The notes under the pieces were generated by a model. It had not been told where the DNA came from and made no database searches. It saw nothing but the letters and a program-made list of their open reading frames with translations. Shown in pieces: positions 50,383-64,000 of a stretch of DNA of 64,000 nucleotides. The stretch is from Bigelowiella natans CCMP2755 (lineage: Eukaryota > Protista > Cercozoa). The translations under genes and the position numbers were made by a program. Position 1 is the stretch's first letter; each line of letters starts with the position of its first letter. The stretch lies in contig ADNK01000510.1 in NCBI GenBank assembly GCA_000320545.1, positions 114,764-178,763 on the forward strand. Reading direction: 5' to 3'.

Positions 50383-51534
50383 GTTGTCGGGCGGAGGGGG
50401 GGGAACGAGGGAGTTATCGAAACTTAGGGTTGATGTATTCATTCTTAATTAGGACGATGGTTAGAGGAAAAGGAAGGAGCTCTCATCCTGGCTTCTAGAT
50501 GCACAATCGTTCTATCTCTGTCTTATTATCGATGATTATCATTCTTCTCATCATCATCATCATCATCTATCCCCTCATATACCTGAGGATGCCTTGTCCG
50601 CCAGAGGAATTGCGATGAGAGTCAGATGGTAAAACGCAGATCCCGGTTTTCTGTTCAATTAGATCTGCCATATCACGGTGCTTCTCCGCCGATATCTCGC
50701 CTATCACTTCTGTCGTTGATTGCCTGTTTACGATGAATTTGTAGCATTAGTGAAAACATCAGCATTCCGACAAAAATGTCATTGAATATCCGCTTGTCTG
50801 ATTTTATTCTTCGTAGCGAATGACGGCAGCTGAAGTCAACAACTGTGTTTTCAATTTCATGGAGTTACCCAGATGTCATCGCCTTGATCAATTTTCGTTG
50901 ATCCTCTAGAGGAAAAATAAGCACAACGAGGAGGAGGAGGAGGAGGAGGAGGAGGAGGAGGAGGAATGGATTCCGCTTGCTTTTACTCATTCGAATTCAT
51001 GTTGCTATGACCAAAGGCAGGAATAGGTAGAAGCTCTTGAGTTGAGGGAAAGCTAATGGAGAAACCTTCTACAAGAGCCTCTCATCTTAGCAGCCCACTA
51101 ACTACTTGTTGCATCTGTCAAGCACCACCGCATACCTGCGTCGTTAATTGTGAAGTCGGTGCGGCCTATTACTTCCATGCCCCCTGAGCCACCGCGTCTA
51201 TTGGTGGTAGCAGTGAATAAATAATTGACGATTGATTTGCGTGTTTCTCCTAAGATGCTTTAGGGAGAATCTGCCTCATCAAAGTCGTACACGATTGCTC
51301 TGTAATCTAAATGTGCGTTTTCATGGTAAGTTCAGCGACACACTCTTTTCGCTCTGATAAGCTTGTGAGCGTGTATCTAGCTATTCAGCCGCCGTGTTTC
51401 GAAATCTTGACTTGTCGCGCTGCTGACCTTGCGAGAGGCATCAAGCGTCTTAGCAGCCGCGCCCCTGATGATGTATGTGGAAAGATAGACAGTTGTGGTA
51501 CGTTTATTTCTCGTACTTCTCCAATTGTTGCAAT

Positions 51535-51574
<40 letters not shown>

Positions 51575-52560
51575 TAAGTAACAATATATTTCATTCTGCG
51601 TTTGCAAGGAGCATCTGAATGACGACATCACTACCGAGCGAGTGAAAAGTGCTGATGTTCACTCTGCTGATGTCTCCACTATCAAGTCTCCCCCTCGGGT
51701 TGCATCTTTGAATGCGATCGCGCATTTCGTTCGCAGCCTAAGTAGTAGCATAGTTAGCGGCTTAGCTTTTGACCTTCTCTCATTCTCGATAAGATGAGGT
51801 TCCACCTTGTTCGTAAACGTAATGCAAGTGATGTCCCTCGGGTTCACCTTCAGCTCTTCGATCAGATAGGCCACCCGAGCCTGTATATCGTTAGCCATAA
51901 GAATTATCAGTATGAGATTATTCTCCTCGGCGTTAAACCGTCGTCTCTCCTTGTGCTTCGCAGCTCGTACTAGCATACCACTACCATCGCCTCCACTACT
52001 AATGATACTACTCCTCCTCCTCCTCCTCCTCCTCCTCCTACTACTACTACTACTTTTACTAGCATACCATACCACCGCTACCACTGCTGATGATAATACT
52101 ACTACAACAACTTCTACTACTACTGCTATTGCTACCGCAAGGACAGTTGTCTTTCCTGATCCTGGTCCAGCATGGACACGAACAGTTCCCAATGGAGCTG
52201 AATATCGCAACAACGCTCGACTCATCAACTTTCGAGCGATTCCGACTACCGACGACACACAATGCAGTCACTAAGCAGACCACCTCGTACTGCTCTTGTT
52301 TGCTCCTCATTGAGTTGCTTCGTAGACACCGAGTTGGACGGGCCTCTCGTGGGACTATTTGCGTCCAAATTTGTGCTCAACCTTCTCGAGATCACACGAA
52401 GGTCATCGCCGTGGCGCCTGCTGCGTGGGGTATTCAACTGCGGTGATGACAGTGGAATCTCTGACGCTTTCGCACTCTCCAACGGGAACCGCCGTGTCGA
52501 TGAAAAATAATATCGTTCGAATTTTCGCCATCCCCTTCTCCCAAAGGAGATTCTGTACAT
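46249..52560 (-). CDS. UvrD/PcrA/Srs2-family SF1A DNA helicase, probably organelle-targeted
   Basis: Motifs QLNEEQ (Q), AGPGSGKTT (I), ITFTNKAANEM (Ia), VDFDDLI, LVDEFQD (II), VGDEDQSIYGW (III), LNYRS (IV), GTLHSSKGKEFDTV (V), EEERRLLYVGMTRAK (VI). R/S-rich leader. Confidence 0.93.
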
Positions 52561-53580
52561 AACAACTGCCGGTCCCGGGGCTGTGGAGGGGAGTTCCAGC
52601 AAGGCTCGGGACCAGCGGAGTGAAATTACAGAATAATTGTGTGGATGAGACTGAAAATAAATCAGATTTTCGGTCTTTGTTATGGATTGACGAATGTCGT
52701 AGGATAATAATTAAGTATGTTTTCATGAACGTTGAAAATCTAAAGGGTATCTTTATTTTGAATACTCTTCTTGATCCCCCGCTAGAAGTTTTCAGGGTGA
52801 GAATTGGACCAAATATCTCTCTACGAAGCTCTTTTGAGTCCTTTTTTGACCGAAATCGCCTGTGTTACCCTATGGCAAACTAAATGGCGATTTTAAGCAG
52901 AAATGCCGTATTTTGTGGATATTGTCCCAAAAATAGGTCTAACAACAAATGAATGAGAAACGTACGATTTCGTAACGGTTAGGCGAGCGTCCTGAGAGTC
53001 TGTGCGTTTCGATGAAGCCGGGTAAATAAATTTTCGTTGAAACCGACGATGACTGGATAACCAAGAAAAGAACAAGGATAGGAAGTTTTTGGGATGAAAT
53101 AATTTTTACGATTTTGTTTCCATGTTGAAAAAAAGTCCTTGAAAAGACGAATTGCCGCCCCACCCAACGCGAGTGGCGAACACTTGAAAGGGGAAATCAG
53201 TTCTTGCGAATGAGATGGGGCCCAGTCGCTGAGTAGCTACCTTTCATAAGCAACATTTTAGTGACTTGCTTTCTGCCTTCCTACAAATAGTAGCCCTCCA
53301 ATCAAACGGTAACGTTCAACCTAGAGGCCACGAAGAGAGGGGGAAATATGTTGTGCATACAAATTTTAGTCAGTGAAGGGAAGGCTTGCAATATTTGAGA
53401 AAGAAATTATGATTTCCCTTTCAGGCTTGTATCTACATTTATTTAGTGAGGTTTGGAGGTTTTATTTTTAAGAAGGACTTCAAACCATACCCTAATGGGT
53501 TTCTTCATACTTCGTTTCCCTAATGTTTCCTTCTTGAACACGGTCCCTTCTCTCTGACACGCTATTCTTTTCGTACGCAG

Positions 53581-55796
53581 TGGTGCGTGGAAGTAGAAAT
53601 GGACAGCGAAGACGCTTTGATCCCCAAGACGATCGAGTTGATCCATGAAAAGCACCAGATTAGCGACACTGCTAGACGGTCGCTGCATGATGACGTGGAA
53701 CAAAATGTACATTCGGAGTTGAAATTCGATTGGGAAGAGGAAGATCATGCGACTCCGTACCATATGCAAGGGGATGAGAAGTTCCAAAAAAGTCATTTCA
53801 TGGAGGCACGACGCATGTTGGAGCACAACACTTACGTTCAGAACAGTATCAATAGATTCTGGGTGTTGTACGCTGAGGATGAAGACGATGAATTCTATCA
53901 AAGCGTGGTCCGATGGGATAAATACTTCGCAGTATATCAAAAAATAGCGAAGGTGGTACAATTAAATATGCTCTCTTTCAGATTCGTATTGTTTTTATAG
54001 TAATTACCTGATGTTAGCGTTACATTTCTCTCTCCCTTTCTTTGCGCTTGTGTGTGTCTGTGTGTGTGCTCGCTTTGCTTTAAAGGTCGTCGGTGCCGGG
54101 AATTATGAGGACGATGATATTAAGACATGTGCGCTGCAAGACTGGGAGCGGGACTTGGCCTGGTCTCCCGACGGTACATCCAGTGAGCCGGACGAGGCCG
54201 ATATCGAAGATCGTTTTCTCAGCCATGAGCAATGGTAGAATTGGAATATTTTCCAAAATACAAGAAAGAGAACCTTAATTTGAATAATTACAAGCCGCCC
54301 ATTGTATTCAATATCACCGTTATTAGAGATAGTTGTGGAAATCGTGGTTTTGAAGCAGTATTATTTGTATTTATCATCAAGCAAACGCGTGCTGTCGTTT
54401 GATTTCTTTCACCGGGCAGTAATCTTCACTTGCCTAAGACTATTTTGGTATCGCTGTTTGGACGGTGATTTCTATAGGGTTCACTCGATATTCGAGGTGG
54501 CCGATCAATGGACGTATAATGTGCAGCCTCAGGAGTATGTCCTATTCTTGACGCGGCTCTTTGTGCGGATCACTAATGTCCTCCCACCACATACATACTT
54601 GACAATGATGAAACCCCTTTCCTAAGATAGAAAGCTGTTATTTTGTGGTAACGGACACTCGATAACCCCCCTCTCTTCTTCACCATTATAGTTATCCTCC
54701 TCGTTATCTTTTTCTTAGCCTTCTTCACCCTTCACCCCAGGTCATAGACGGCAAGACTGTGGCACGTGATATTGCGGACGTGGAGACCGACATGGAATAC
54801 AGCAAGAACCTGCAGAATATTGAGATAGAGAACGTAGACTCTTCACGACGTAACTCGCTCGACAGTGATTCTAAGGAAGGTAAAGGGGAAGGGAGCGAAT
54901 CGCAAGAAGGAACAGAAGGCGATAAAGGAAATGATGGTTTAGCAGACGAAGGCAAGGGCAATGATGATGACGATAAAGGCGAGGGGGCGAAGAAAGGGAG
55001 AAGGGTTTTTAAAGGGAAGTACAGCTGGTTGAATGAAGTTCCGGATGAATTCGCTCACCTTCTCGAAAATCTTGATCCTAAGAATATTAAGGATTTGATT
55101 GAGGTGATCCGTGAGATCATTGTTCTCAAGTTTGACGTGGTCCTTAACGCATGGAAAGTTATCGACGTCAATCGAGATCGAAAGATAGATATGGAAGAGT
55201 TCGGCGTCTTCCTCAAGAAGATCGGATTTTCCTTCGTTCCAATGCAAATCCAAAGGAAACTCTGGCGCATTGCAGACCACAACATGGACCAGGTGATGAG
55301 CTTCCAGGAGTTCCGTATAGCTTTCTCAAAGAAGAAGGACAGGCGGTATGCCTACTCGGCGAGAGAGAAGGCCGAGCTCAAACGCAAGAAACAGTCTATC
55401 ATCCAAGCAAAAAAAGCTCGTGACTCCCTTCGGCTAAAAATCATAACTTCCCCAGAGCAGCTCGCAGAGATGAAGGACGATGAAAAGGTAGCGGTATATA
55501 TATATATATAGAAATATGTATGGTGTGTGTGTGTGTGTGTGTAAAGTCATTGTATATCTATTGTACAAGAATAAGGTGAAGAAATGTGTGAGCAATACGT
55601 TTCATAACACCCCCCCTCCCCTCCTCTTCCTCCTCCTTTTTATCTCCGCTCATGAAAGGTGGAGGCGGTACGCGAGTCACTCCTGCTCAAGTGGAAATCG
55701 CTGAAGTCTGCTTGGAACGTCATGGACAAGAATCACGACAAAGAAATCTCCCGTGAGGAGTTTGGGGCTGGACTATCCAAGACCGGATTCCAATGG

Positions 55797-55828
<32 letters not shown>

Positions 55829-57884
55829 TCATAGAAGCATAGTATAGTATGTATGTTGCAAGTATACGCTTCAGTACAAGATGACTCTCGATTGGCAAAT
55901 TAGTCCGATTATTCTTGTTCTACAGCTATGGTTTGTAGAACTAAGATCATCGAGGTGTTTCACCACTGCAGCCGTGCGAATTAGTTCCCTTTGTAATTTT
56001 GAACCTCTTTCCATTTTGAGCTTTTCTCAGTGCATCCATGTAACTGTATCAAATACTTGCTGCAAACCACATGTAATGTCTATCAGGTGGAGGATTGGAT
56101 CGTAGACGAATTGTGGAACCTGGCGGACAACGATGGCTCCAAATCTCTCGATTTCAAAGAGTTTACACAAACATTCCGCCGTGGTGTCTGCGTAGAGTTC
56201 GAAACGTCATCAGACGAGGAGGGGGAGGAGATGGAAAACTCCATCGCTGATACCGATGAAATGCACAGCGAAATTCTATCCCAATCCGCCACGTCCTCAG
56301 CAATCTCAAGCGCACGCAGCGACTGGAAACATCATGGATCTCACTCTAAGACTTCCCATCATCATCATGATCATGGTCATCACCATCACTATCATCTCGC
56401 CCTTCACAAAGTGCCAGATTCCAGCAGATCCAGGGCATCGTACACATCCACTTCCCGATCCTCGATGATCAGGGAGAACGAATCAGCACGCCATCCTCAC
56501 CATCACCATTTTAAGGATGAAAGCGAGACCGCTACTACTTCGGCTAGCGCGGCTACCGTTGTTCCTGCATCAAGTCTTGTCGATGAGTTGTCAATGACTG
56601 TGGAGGCTGATGAAGTGATGACACATAGCGAGCGACGTCGGCAGTTACGTCAACGCAAGTCTGTGGTGAGGCTAAGAGCTATAATTTTGGCACAGCAAAA
56701 AGGCGAAAGTAATGGTGACGGTGGAAGTGGTGAAGGAGGAGGCGGTGCAAGTGATGAGGAAAGTACAAAATTTCTTCAGTCTCTAAGCAGCTCATTTGAC
56801 GTGCCACTGCTTAGTTCAAAGGGTGGCGTAGAAGCCATACGCTATAGAATCATACAATGTGCGAAAGACGGTACAGGGTTTCTCCTTAACGCTGCAGATG
56901 AATTTAATGTTGATACCCTCACGGCCCTTGGGGGGCCTCAGATAGCTGACATTTTGATTATGTGTGGGGAAGAATTCAGCGAGTCGCAGTATAAGGTAAA
57001 GAGAGCATTCTTGCCCGAGGAGTTGCAGGAGCAGAGCGAGGACGACGATAATAAGTTCTCCAACCCTGCATCCTCCTGGTATCAAAGGAGCAACAACCGA
57101 AAGGGCCCTACAAAAGTAGTTAAGGTGAGTGAGGGTGAAGAGGCACTTGACACGATCGTTAAGCACGTCCGCGCATTGAATTTGGCCTCCAGGAAGGAGA
57201 ACCTTAGGCTAAGAAGGTATTTGCTTCCCAGTGAGTATATGCGTTTGAGCCTGTTTCGTAGGAAGTTGCTGCAGTAGCGGACAATTTTTGCCTTCTACTT
57301 TTACCGTTTTTGTGTTCAGTAATAAGTTCATTCAATCTCTCTCTCTCACTCTCCCAGCACTCTCAGCCCTCACACTGACAATACACAACACTCTCAGGGA
57401 AATAGATCAAAAGCTTATCCAAGAAGACGGGACAGGTGGATCAAGCGAGCCGCGGGTTCGGATATTAGAGCGTCCGAATCACGGGCGCAAACGGCGCCTA
57501 ATGCTGAAGAAGCGCAACAGCCGCCGACGAGTGAAAGGGAGGGGTCGTGCTTTGAGACCGAACGTTAAGGGAGGATACTCGGGGATAGATAAGTGGGTTC
57601 ATCTCTCCAGGTCGTTTTTTGCCTTCGACAACAACTTGAACGTCGTTCTGTGTTGTCATCGTCGTCGCCATCGCCATCGCCCTATTTGTCCTACATCATT
57701 CGATATCACTCGCTGCGCTCTACGCTTGCGTTTTCTTTTGGTTTGTTGCTTTCGACTGCAACAAATCGCTCACCTGCCATCTTTGCTACAACACAGCGTT
57801 ACACCTGAAAAGAGGACTTCATCTGTCGCCAAATATCACCCTGTTCTAGAGCCAATAGCACAACAAACGTCACCACCGCATCTT

Positions 57885-57915
<31 letters not shown>

Positions 57916-60691
57916 TACGACCTGGAACAAGGTTCCAACCCCAAAATATTAGAATACTTCTAACTTCGATTATATTCCTTAAGCTTCATCATCATCGTCA
58001 CCACCGTCTCAACCTCTTACAACCATTTAATATCTATTAGAATAGCGAATAAGCCCGCTAGGGCCCCATTGGTCCAATCTCTGAAAGAAAGGCCTTTTGC
58101 TCAGCCAGCATCAGCACAGCAAAAGCACCCCACGGGTGTGACTGACACCTTCCATCATTCCCTCTCCGGCATCCAGATCCTTTCATCTAGTAAAGATCCC
58201 AGCTCCAACAACGTCGACAATGAAACCCTTCAGCAGCTTCCGTTCGACGAGCGGGGGGAGAAACTACTCAAGATCATGAGGAAGGAGCAAGAAATACAGC
58301 AGCGCCTTCAAACCGTCAAACTCAAGCGATATATCGAGGTCCTACTATGGCTAGTTTCCACAATTCCGTTGTACACTCTCCATTCTTTGTCGGCGAGTTG
58401 TATGTTTACCATGAAGTATTTATATTGAGACTCTCTTTTCTGTACCTCAGATTCGAAATCGAAACGAGGAGAGGAGAAGCCGCACAGCCAGGGCAGCATT
58501 GAGCCGAGCACGGGAATTGCACGAGGAACAACAGCAGAGACAGATGTAAGTATTCTAATGGCGTGTGGGCGTATGAGAACCGATGGTACTGATATCTATC
58601 TCCCAACACGTTTACTCTATTCTTCTGTTCATTCATACTCAAATAATATACATACTAACTGCATAAATCACCGTCACATCCTAATGGTATCACCACCATC
58701 ATCACCAACTCATCCTCATCATTGCCCTGACCACCATGATCGCTTTCAGCAACTTCGCCAAGCGTGAAACCATGATCGAGCATGCAAAGGCCCAACGACT
58801 GTCAAAGTCATCAAAACAAACAATGACAATATCGAGCTCCAGGGTAGAATCTGTCGGCACCATCCATCTTCATACGCATTCTTCCTCTGCGCGTCGGTCA
58901 TCTCTCGGAACAAATGTAGCGATCATGCCGACCTCGAAGGGAAAAACATCAGCAATGTCGCCGCATACGCGTACCACGCAGAAGATTCCTTCTTCTTCCG
59001 CGCTATCTCCCCAGAAAAGGCATGTGATTCCGTCATCTCCCCAGCCGAAGGTGATAGAAGGAGCCTCAGCCCCAGTCCTGGCCCAGAGGATTCAGATGGG
59101 CTCAAGGATTATCGAAGGAGCAGCGGGGGGCGATGCTGCTTTGATAACCGGGGTTCAAAAGACACCAATAACAACAACCCGCAATGATTTTCCAAAGCTT
59201 ACCATCCCAACAGGCGAGACCATCACTGCTGCCTCACCAAAAACCTTCTCTTCTTCCCGGACGCGCCTCACGTCGCAATACCAACAAAAGCGACCTCTAG
59301 TCAATATAGATACTGGACGTAGTGTCATTTCCAACTCAGCACTGTCTATTGCACTTATGGAGTCGACCGGGGAGGCAGCACATTCACGGGTAATGATGAA
59401 GAGGGAGAAGCCGCAAAGATATTTCTCAAGAATGTCCAGTCCGACAAATGTTAGCTCAGGCCGCAGCAACAAACGACCGAGTGTCTTCTACTTTGGCCCA
59501 CAAACTGACAGCACCGGGAGATCTTCCGTAGAAGCAGAAGCATTGGAAGGGGTTGGGCGTGGGGGAGCAGTTGAAGCAGGTCCACTCTCTGACCTGCTAT
59601 CACCAGCATCGAAAGGAACGACTTCTAGAGTTACAAAGTTTGTACCACCGGAAGGTCTCTACACCCCCTCCATCCAATGGTCTCAAACGACTCAAAGACA
59701 GCAGCGACGATACGCTATGGACGAAAAACCGAGAGAATTTGTGGTTGGTACCTCCCCACTTAAGGCACAGGAACAGCGGCAGTCTGCCCGTGTTGAGCGA
59801 CGCGGCTTCTCGAGCAAGCATAACAAACCTCTAAAGGCAAAGGCTACCAGCAAGAAGCAGCAGCAGAACAAGAGGACTATGAAGGCAAGCTCAAGACCAT
59901 CGTCGAGCGGTGTATGCAGTACTTTATCTCGCAATATGGAGTCGCCTATCGAGACACGAGAACGAAGGCGTCCTGATACTGTTCAGCATCCTGAGTTTGT
60001 GTATGAGCCGGGAGAGGGCCTTCTCCCTACTTACGTGGAGAACGAGGCACATCGTCCATGGTCGACACCGAACCTATCACAAGATGATAGTAGTCATCGA
60101 GAACAAATTCTGAGCTACGCCAAGGTGGCAGCAGCGATCGGAACAGCGGCAGGATTGCCATCACAGGCAGCATCAAGAGCGCTCTCGGTGTCATCAGAAT
60201 CCCGTCCGCTCACACGAGATTCCTCGAGGCCGCACTCACGACACTCCTGGAGCATTAACTATCGAAGCGGACCAACATTAGGTGCTTTTTCTGGAACATC
60301 AACTGTGTCAAAAGGTCCTTTGCTTAGTGCTAAGAGCTTGTTGCGCAGCGCGGACGAAGAGGAGAGTCAGCCGCCACCGGGCAAAACTTTAGTCCTTCAC
60401 CCAGTCAAACGGAAGAAGAAGAAAAAATCTATCCTGGCCAAGAGCACGCTCAACGGAAGGATGCGCCGCGTTTTCAAGGTAGAAGACGATCCTTATGAGA
60501 AGACCATGTCTATCGTGGAAAAACTGTCAAAAATCTCATCTGCCCCCTCTCGCCGGATGGCGAAGCGCTATGTGGATAAAACTAATTATCCCTTCATAGT
60601 TTCTCCCACTAAAATATCTTCCGCGCAACAATTCTGTCGCAAGAAGCCGAAGAAGAAGACTAGAGGAAGATGGGGTTGGTATCCGGAGTGA
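53581..60691 (+). CDS. Large EF-hand protein with long low-complexity C-terminus
   Basis: EF-hand loops DVNRDRKIDMEE, DHNMDQVMSFQE, DKNHDKEISREE, DNDGSKSLDFKE. N-terminal region QDWERD..SIFEVADQWT..EYVLFL; long S/R-rich terminal exon. Start and the single-gene model are uncertain. Confidence 0.7.
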
Positions 60692-61672
60692 AAGTGTAAT
60701 TGGGCTAAGTGGGATGCAGCATCCAGTACGAGGTGCAATGTGCAGTCATATTAATAATAGAATGTTGATGAATGCATAGCATTGAGGTACATGTAGAGCT
60801 CAATAACAACATTTAAGCAATATTTCAACTCACCAACCAACACCATCAGCATGCGGCAACATGTGCTCCTGCACAGAACAACCCTATTACATTTAGATAG
60901 TCACATAGACTATCAGCGCTACGTAACTAAGCTAGCTAAGGCGGCTATGCTTCCCGCTCTATCTGGCGCTGTCGTGGCATTGGCAAAGAATTTACATGAC
61001 TTTCTAGGTATATATCTAGACATACATAATGGACAAAATGATTCCATGTCTTTTATATGTACACACGTGTATCAGATGCGTATGTAGCTATAACGCTCGG
61101 CTCAATGTGCATGATTTACGATAACCGCTTTAGACACGACGCAGCTAAAGATGTACATCCTCATAATACACGCTAACGGCAAAAAATGAATGCTAAATTA
61201 TATGCTGACGAGCTTGTACTTCATTCGTATGAACACCAGGGGGCTACATCTTTCTAGTAAACTCATACTTTGAATATTTACTTAGAACCTCCTCCGCTGA
61301 AGTCTTATTCTTTGCACATAATGTTGGAAATCCGGAAACGGTGAAGTGTTTACTCCTTTTACACCGAAGGCAGGAAGAATACCTAGCTTAAGGATGGATT
61401 CCAAGCTGGATGAGATACAGCCCTGTTTACCGATAATTCGTTTTTGGTTTCCATTCCGACCGAAACGGGCAGTGATGCTCTAGATTTCGGGGCCTCAATG
61501 CATGTTCGAAGCTGTTGAGAAAATGTTGTTACAAGTGGGAAAAATTGAGAGTAACCGAAGGTTGGATGATGGCAGCCCGTCAAAGAAACGGAGAATGCCT
61601 ACTGCCCTACCCCACGTTGGATTATGATCATTATTTGTTCGGAAAGATGATGGTGAAGGAGGATGAAGGTGC

Positions 61673-61842
61673 ATGTCGCGCTTGAATATCGCCTTTGTAA
61701 TTCGGAGGATTTGATGTCGCACAATAGATGTTCCCGTCGTTAATCGACTAGTCGAACTTCGGATAATTTTATGTCGCACTATGGATATTCCCTTCGTACT
61801 CCGGATAGTTTGATGTCGCGCAATGGATATTCCCCTTGTATT
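61673..61842. repeat. Four imperfect ~42-nt tandem units (ATGTCGC...GATATTCCC...CGGATA)
   Basis: Units start at 61673, 61714, 61771, 61813. Unit 2 carries a 15-nt insertion containing the palindrome TCGACTAGTCGA. Confidence 0.8.
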
Positions 61843-62112
61843 CTCACCACCTTCTGACCTACTCCACGTATCATCATAGCCCGGAACTCCAGAAGAGAGG
61901 GGGACCAGATCAAGGCGTCATTTAGACGAGGATAGGACGAACGACGTCAATTTTGGGGAAGAAACGGAGCATTCAGGTTGTTTGTAAGTGCTGAGGTAGT
62001 TGGATAGGCGCTATTTCAATTTGTTTTGGGTACAGGAGAGATTTGAATGGCAAAGATAATCAACCAGTAGTCTTAAATGCAAACAGTTTGTGTAGGTACT
62101 TGAAGAGGGACC

Positions 62113-63775
62113 ATGCGCTGCGATAGTTATTTCCTATTATTCGCGCTTGCGCTAGGATGGCTATCGCCGAGGTTGTTGTTCAACGTCTGCCCTGCCTTAG
62201 TGTCACATGATGAACTAAGTTGAAATCTTTCTTCAGGGTGTTTGGTGACCTCATGGCCCCCAGGACCATTCGTGAGCACCACCGTGTAAGCGCCGCATCT
62301 GCTCACAGGGTTGGAACAAATGATTCAAGCTAAACATGAATGTATCTTTAGATGGTGATGATGATGATGATGATGATTGTCTGACAGGCATTGCAACTGA
62401 AACCTACTGAAGTCTTTCGGCCTCGGAGTGTTGTGGAGGGTGGTTGGAGGAAAAGCCCCGTAATTTCTTCTTATCCTCAACAATATCGAATACACACGAG
62501 CCGTTCAAACGTATTGCAAGCCAAAGCTGTGAAGACTGAGGCCCCTTCCAGCATACCTCCTCAACTACGTGACAGGCTCATACTCCTAGCTACTGGCGCA
62601 TTATATGCATTGGTGACTATCGATATTCGCAACTTGGCGCTGCAGGAGGGCGGGCCGTCAGTATCCTTGCTCAGTGCAATGCGAGGCTGCGTGATCGCCC
62701 TGTGTATGGCCCCAGCTGCTGCCCAGCTCTTATCGAAGGGAAAGAATCCTTCTGCGTCCCAATGGCTCACCTCTCTTGAAATGGTGAGAATAGTTAGAAC
62801 AAGTGAGAGGCGGAAGCTGCATGCGGTTATGAATAAAATATTAATGTGATGAGAAGATATTTTGTGCCAGCTCGGCCCATATGCCTTATCTACGCAATGT
62901 TTTCGCATGCAAGGCTCATAAGAAGGACTTTGTCTGCCATTTTGCGTAAACTGTAGGCAATTTACAACCTTGGGTCGCAGGGACTATTCGCAGCAGGTGT
63001 GTACATTACGGACGCTTCCTTGGCTGCATTTCTCACCCAAGCTTCCATCATCGTGACTCCGATCATCGCCGCATCAACTGGAGAGAAAGTGAGCAAGTGG
63101 AACTGGGCAGGTGGAGCAGTTGCGCTCGCTGGGATTGGACTGCTGGGGTTATCCCAACAAACGACAGGCGTTGATTCTGGCGGCTCCTTGGAACAAAGCT
63201 TGACCGGACCACTGCTCTGCCTCGGCGGTGCAGTGAGCTGGTCGCTGTATATATGCCGATATAAGAAGATCCTGGAGGATACAAACGACGGCATGTCACC
63301 TGCAGCATTGCAAACGTGGAAGTCAGCCCTTCTTGCGCTGCTATACATCCTCTTCTTCGCTTTGGACGTGTTTAAGGGCACGACGACGACGACGTCAGGT
63401 GGCGAGGAAGCGACGTTACAGCTTGGGGAGTTCCTTCAGACCGCGTGGCCTGCAAAGTCGGATGCGACGCAATGGGGCGCAATTGTGTTCTCCGGTGCAG
63501 GCGTAGCACTTGCTCATTATCTGCAGGGGTTAGGTCAAAAGACGATTAGCTCCTCAGAGGCCAATATCTACCTGGGTTCCGAACCGCTATGGACCGCAGC
63601 GTTTGCATACTTTCTTTTAAACGAGCACCTTCAGGGCGCGGGTGGATACGCTGGGGCAGGATTACTGGTCCTGGCCGCTCTGCTTTCAAGTGGCTTCCTG
63701 GAGAGCAAACTTGCTGCTCCACAAATTCTCGAAGATGAAGTTGGTGGTGGAGGGGGTGAAGGAGGAGGAAAGTGA
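62113..63775 (+). CDS. EamA/DMT-superfamily transporter with bipartite (signal + transit-like) N-terminus
   Basis: Signal MRCDSYFLLFALALGW, then an R/S-rich leader; TDASLAAFLTQASIIVTPII, LQGLGQKTISSSEANIYLGSEPLWTAAFAYFLLNEHL; about 10 hydrophobic helices. Confidence 0.85.
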
Positions 63776-64000
63776 GGATAAGTGTGATCGGTAGATTGTG
63801 GTTGAGTGTGGAGGGGAAGAGAACCATTGCTAAAATGACTCAGGCTAATGCACCTGTAGAACAAGGTGGTAATTTGCACGAAGCCGTCTCTAAAACTTTG
63901 ATTTGTTGTAAATAGTACACACTGTATTGAAGGCCACTAGCAAAATGCACGTACAGTAGGTTGGCACTTGATGCATGGATAACTGCCTCGGCACACACAC

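Noticed and set aside
61673-61842. CRISPR-like array
   Set aside because: Units are similar along their whole length, with no unique spacers, no cas genes and a eukaryotic context

Overview
Gene-dense, intron-rich eukaryotic nuclear DNA. Bipartite signal+transit N-termini, microsatellite-filled introns and some GC-AG introns suggest an alga with a secondary plastid, probably a chlorarachniophyte (inference). I reconstructed 13 spliced genes by hand; exon borders and most start codons are approximate. In order: PYROXD1 (+, 5' truncated), JmjC(HxH..H)-ankyrin protein (-), basic/Tudor-like/acidic protein (+), a ~2,000-aa tandem two-adenylation-domain protein with a degenerate ZZ-like linker (-), UbiE/MenG methyltransferase with signal peptide (+), TRAX (-), Tat-SF1 with three GYF_2 domains (+), PPR protein (-), ACOT9-like thioesterase (+), Shaker/AKT-type K+ channel (+), UvrD/PcrA helicase (-), EF-hand protein (+), EamA transporter (+). 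The most striking unexplained signal is in spacers downstream of genes: TpA is almost absent except in CTAG (or half-sites CTA/TAG), TpG/CpA is in excess and CpG is retained, while introns keep long (TA)n arrays. This fits a localized, context-specific A:T->G:C (TAH->TGH) hypermutation process, a RIP-like system distinct from CpG decay. No tRNA, rRNA, CRISPR or intact mobile element was recognised.
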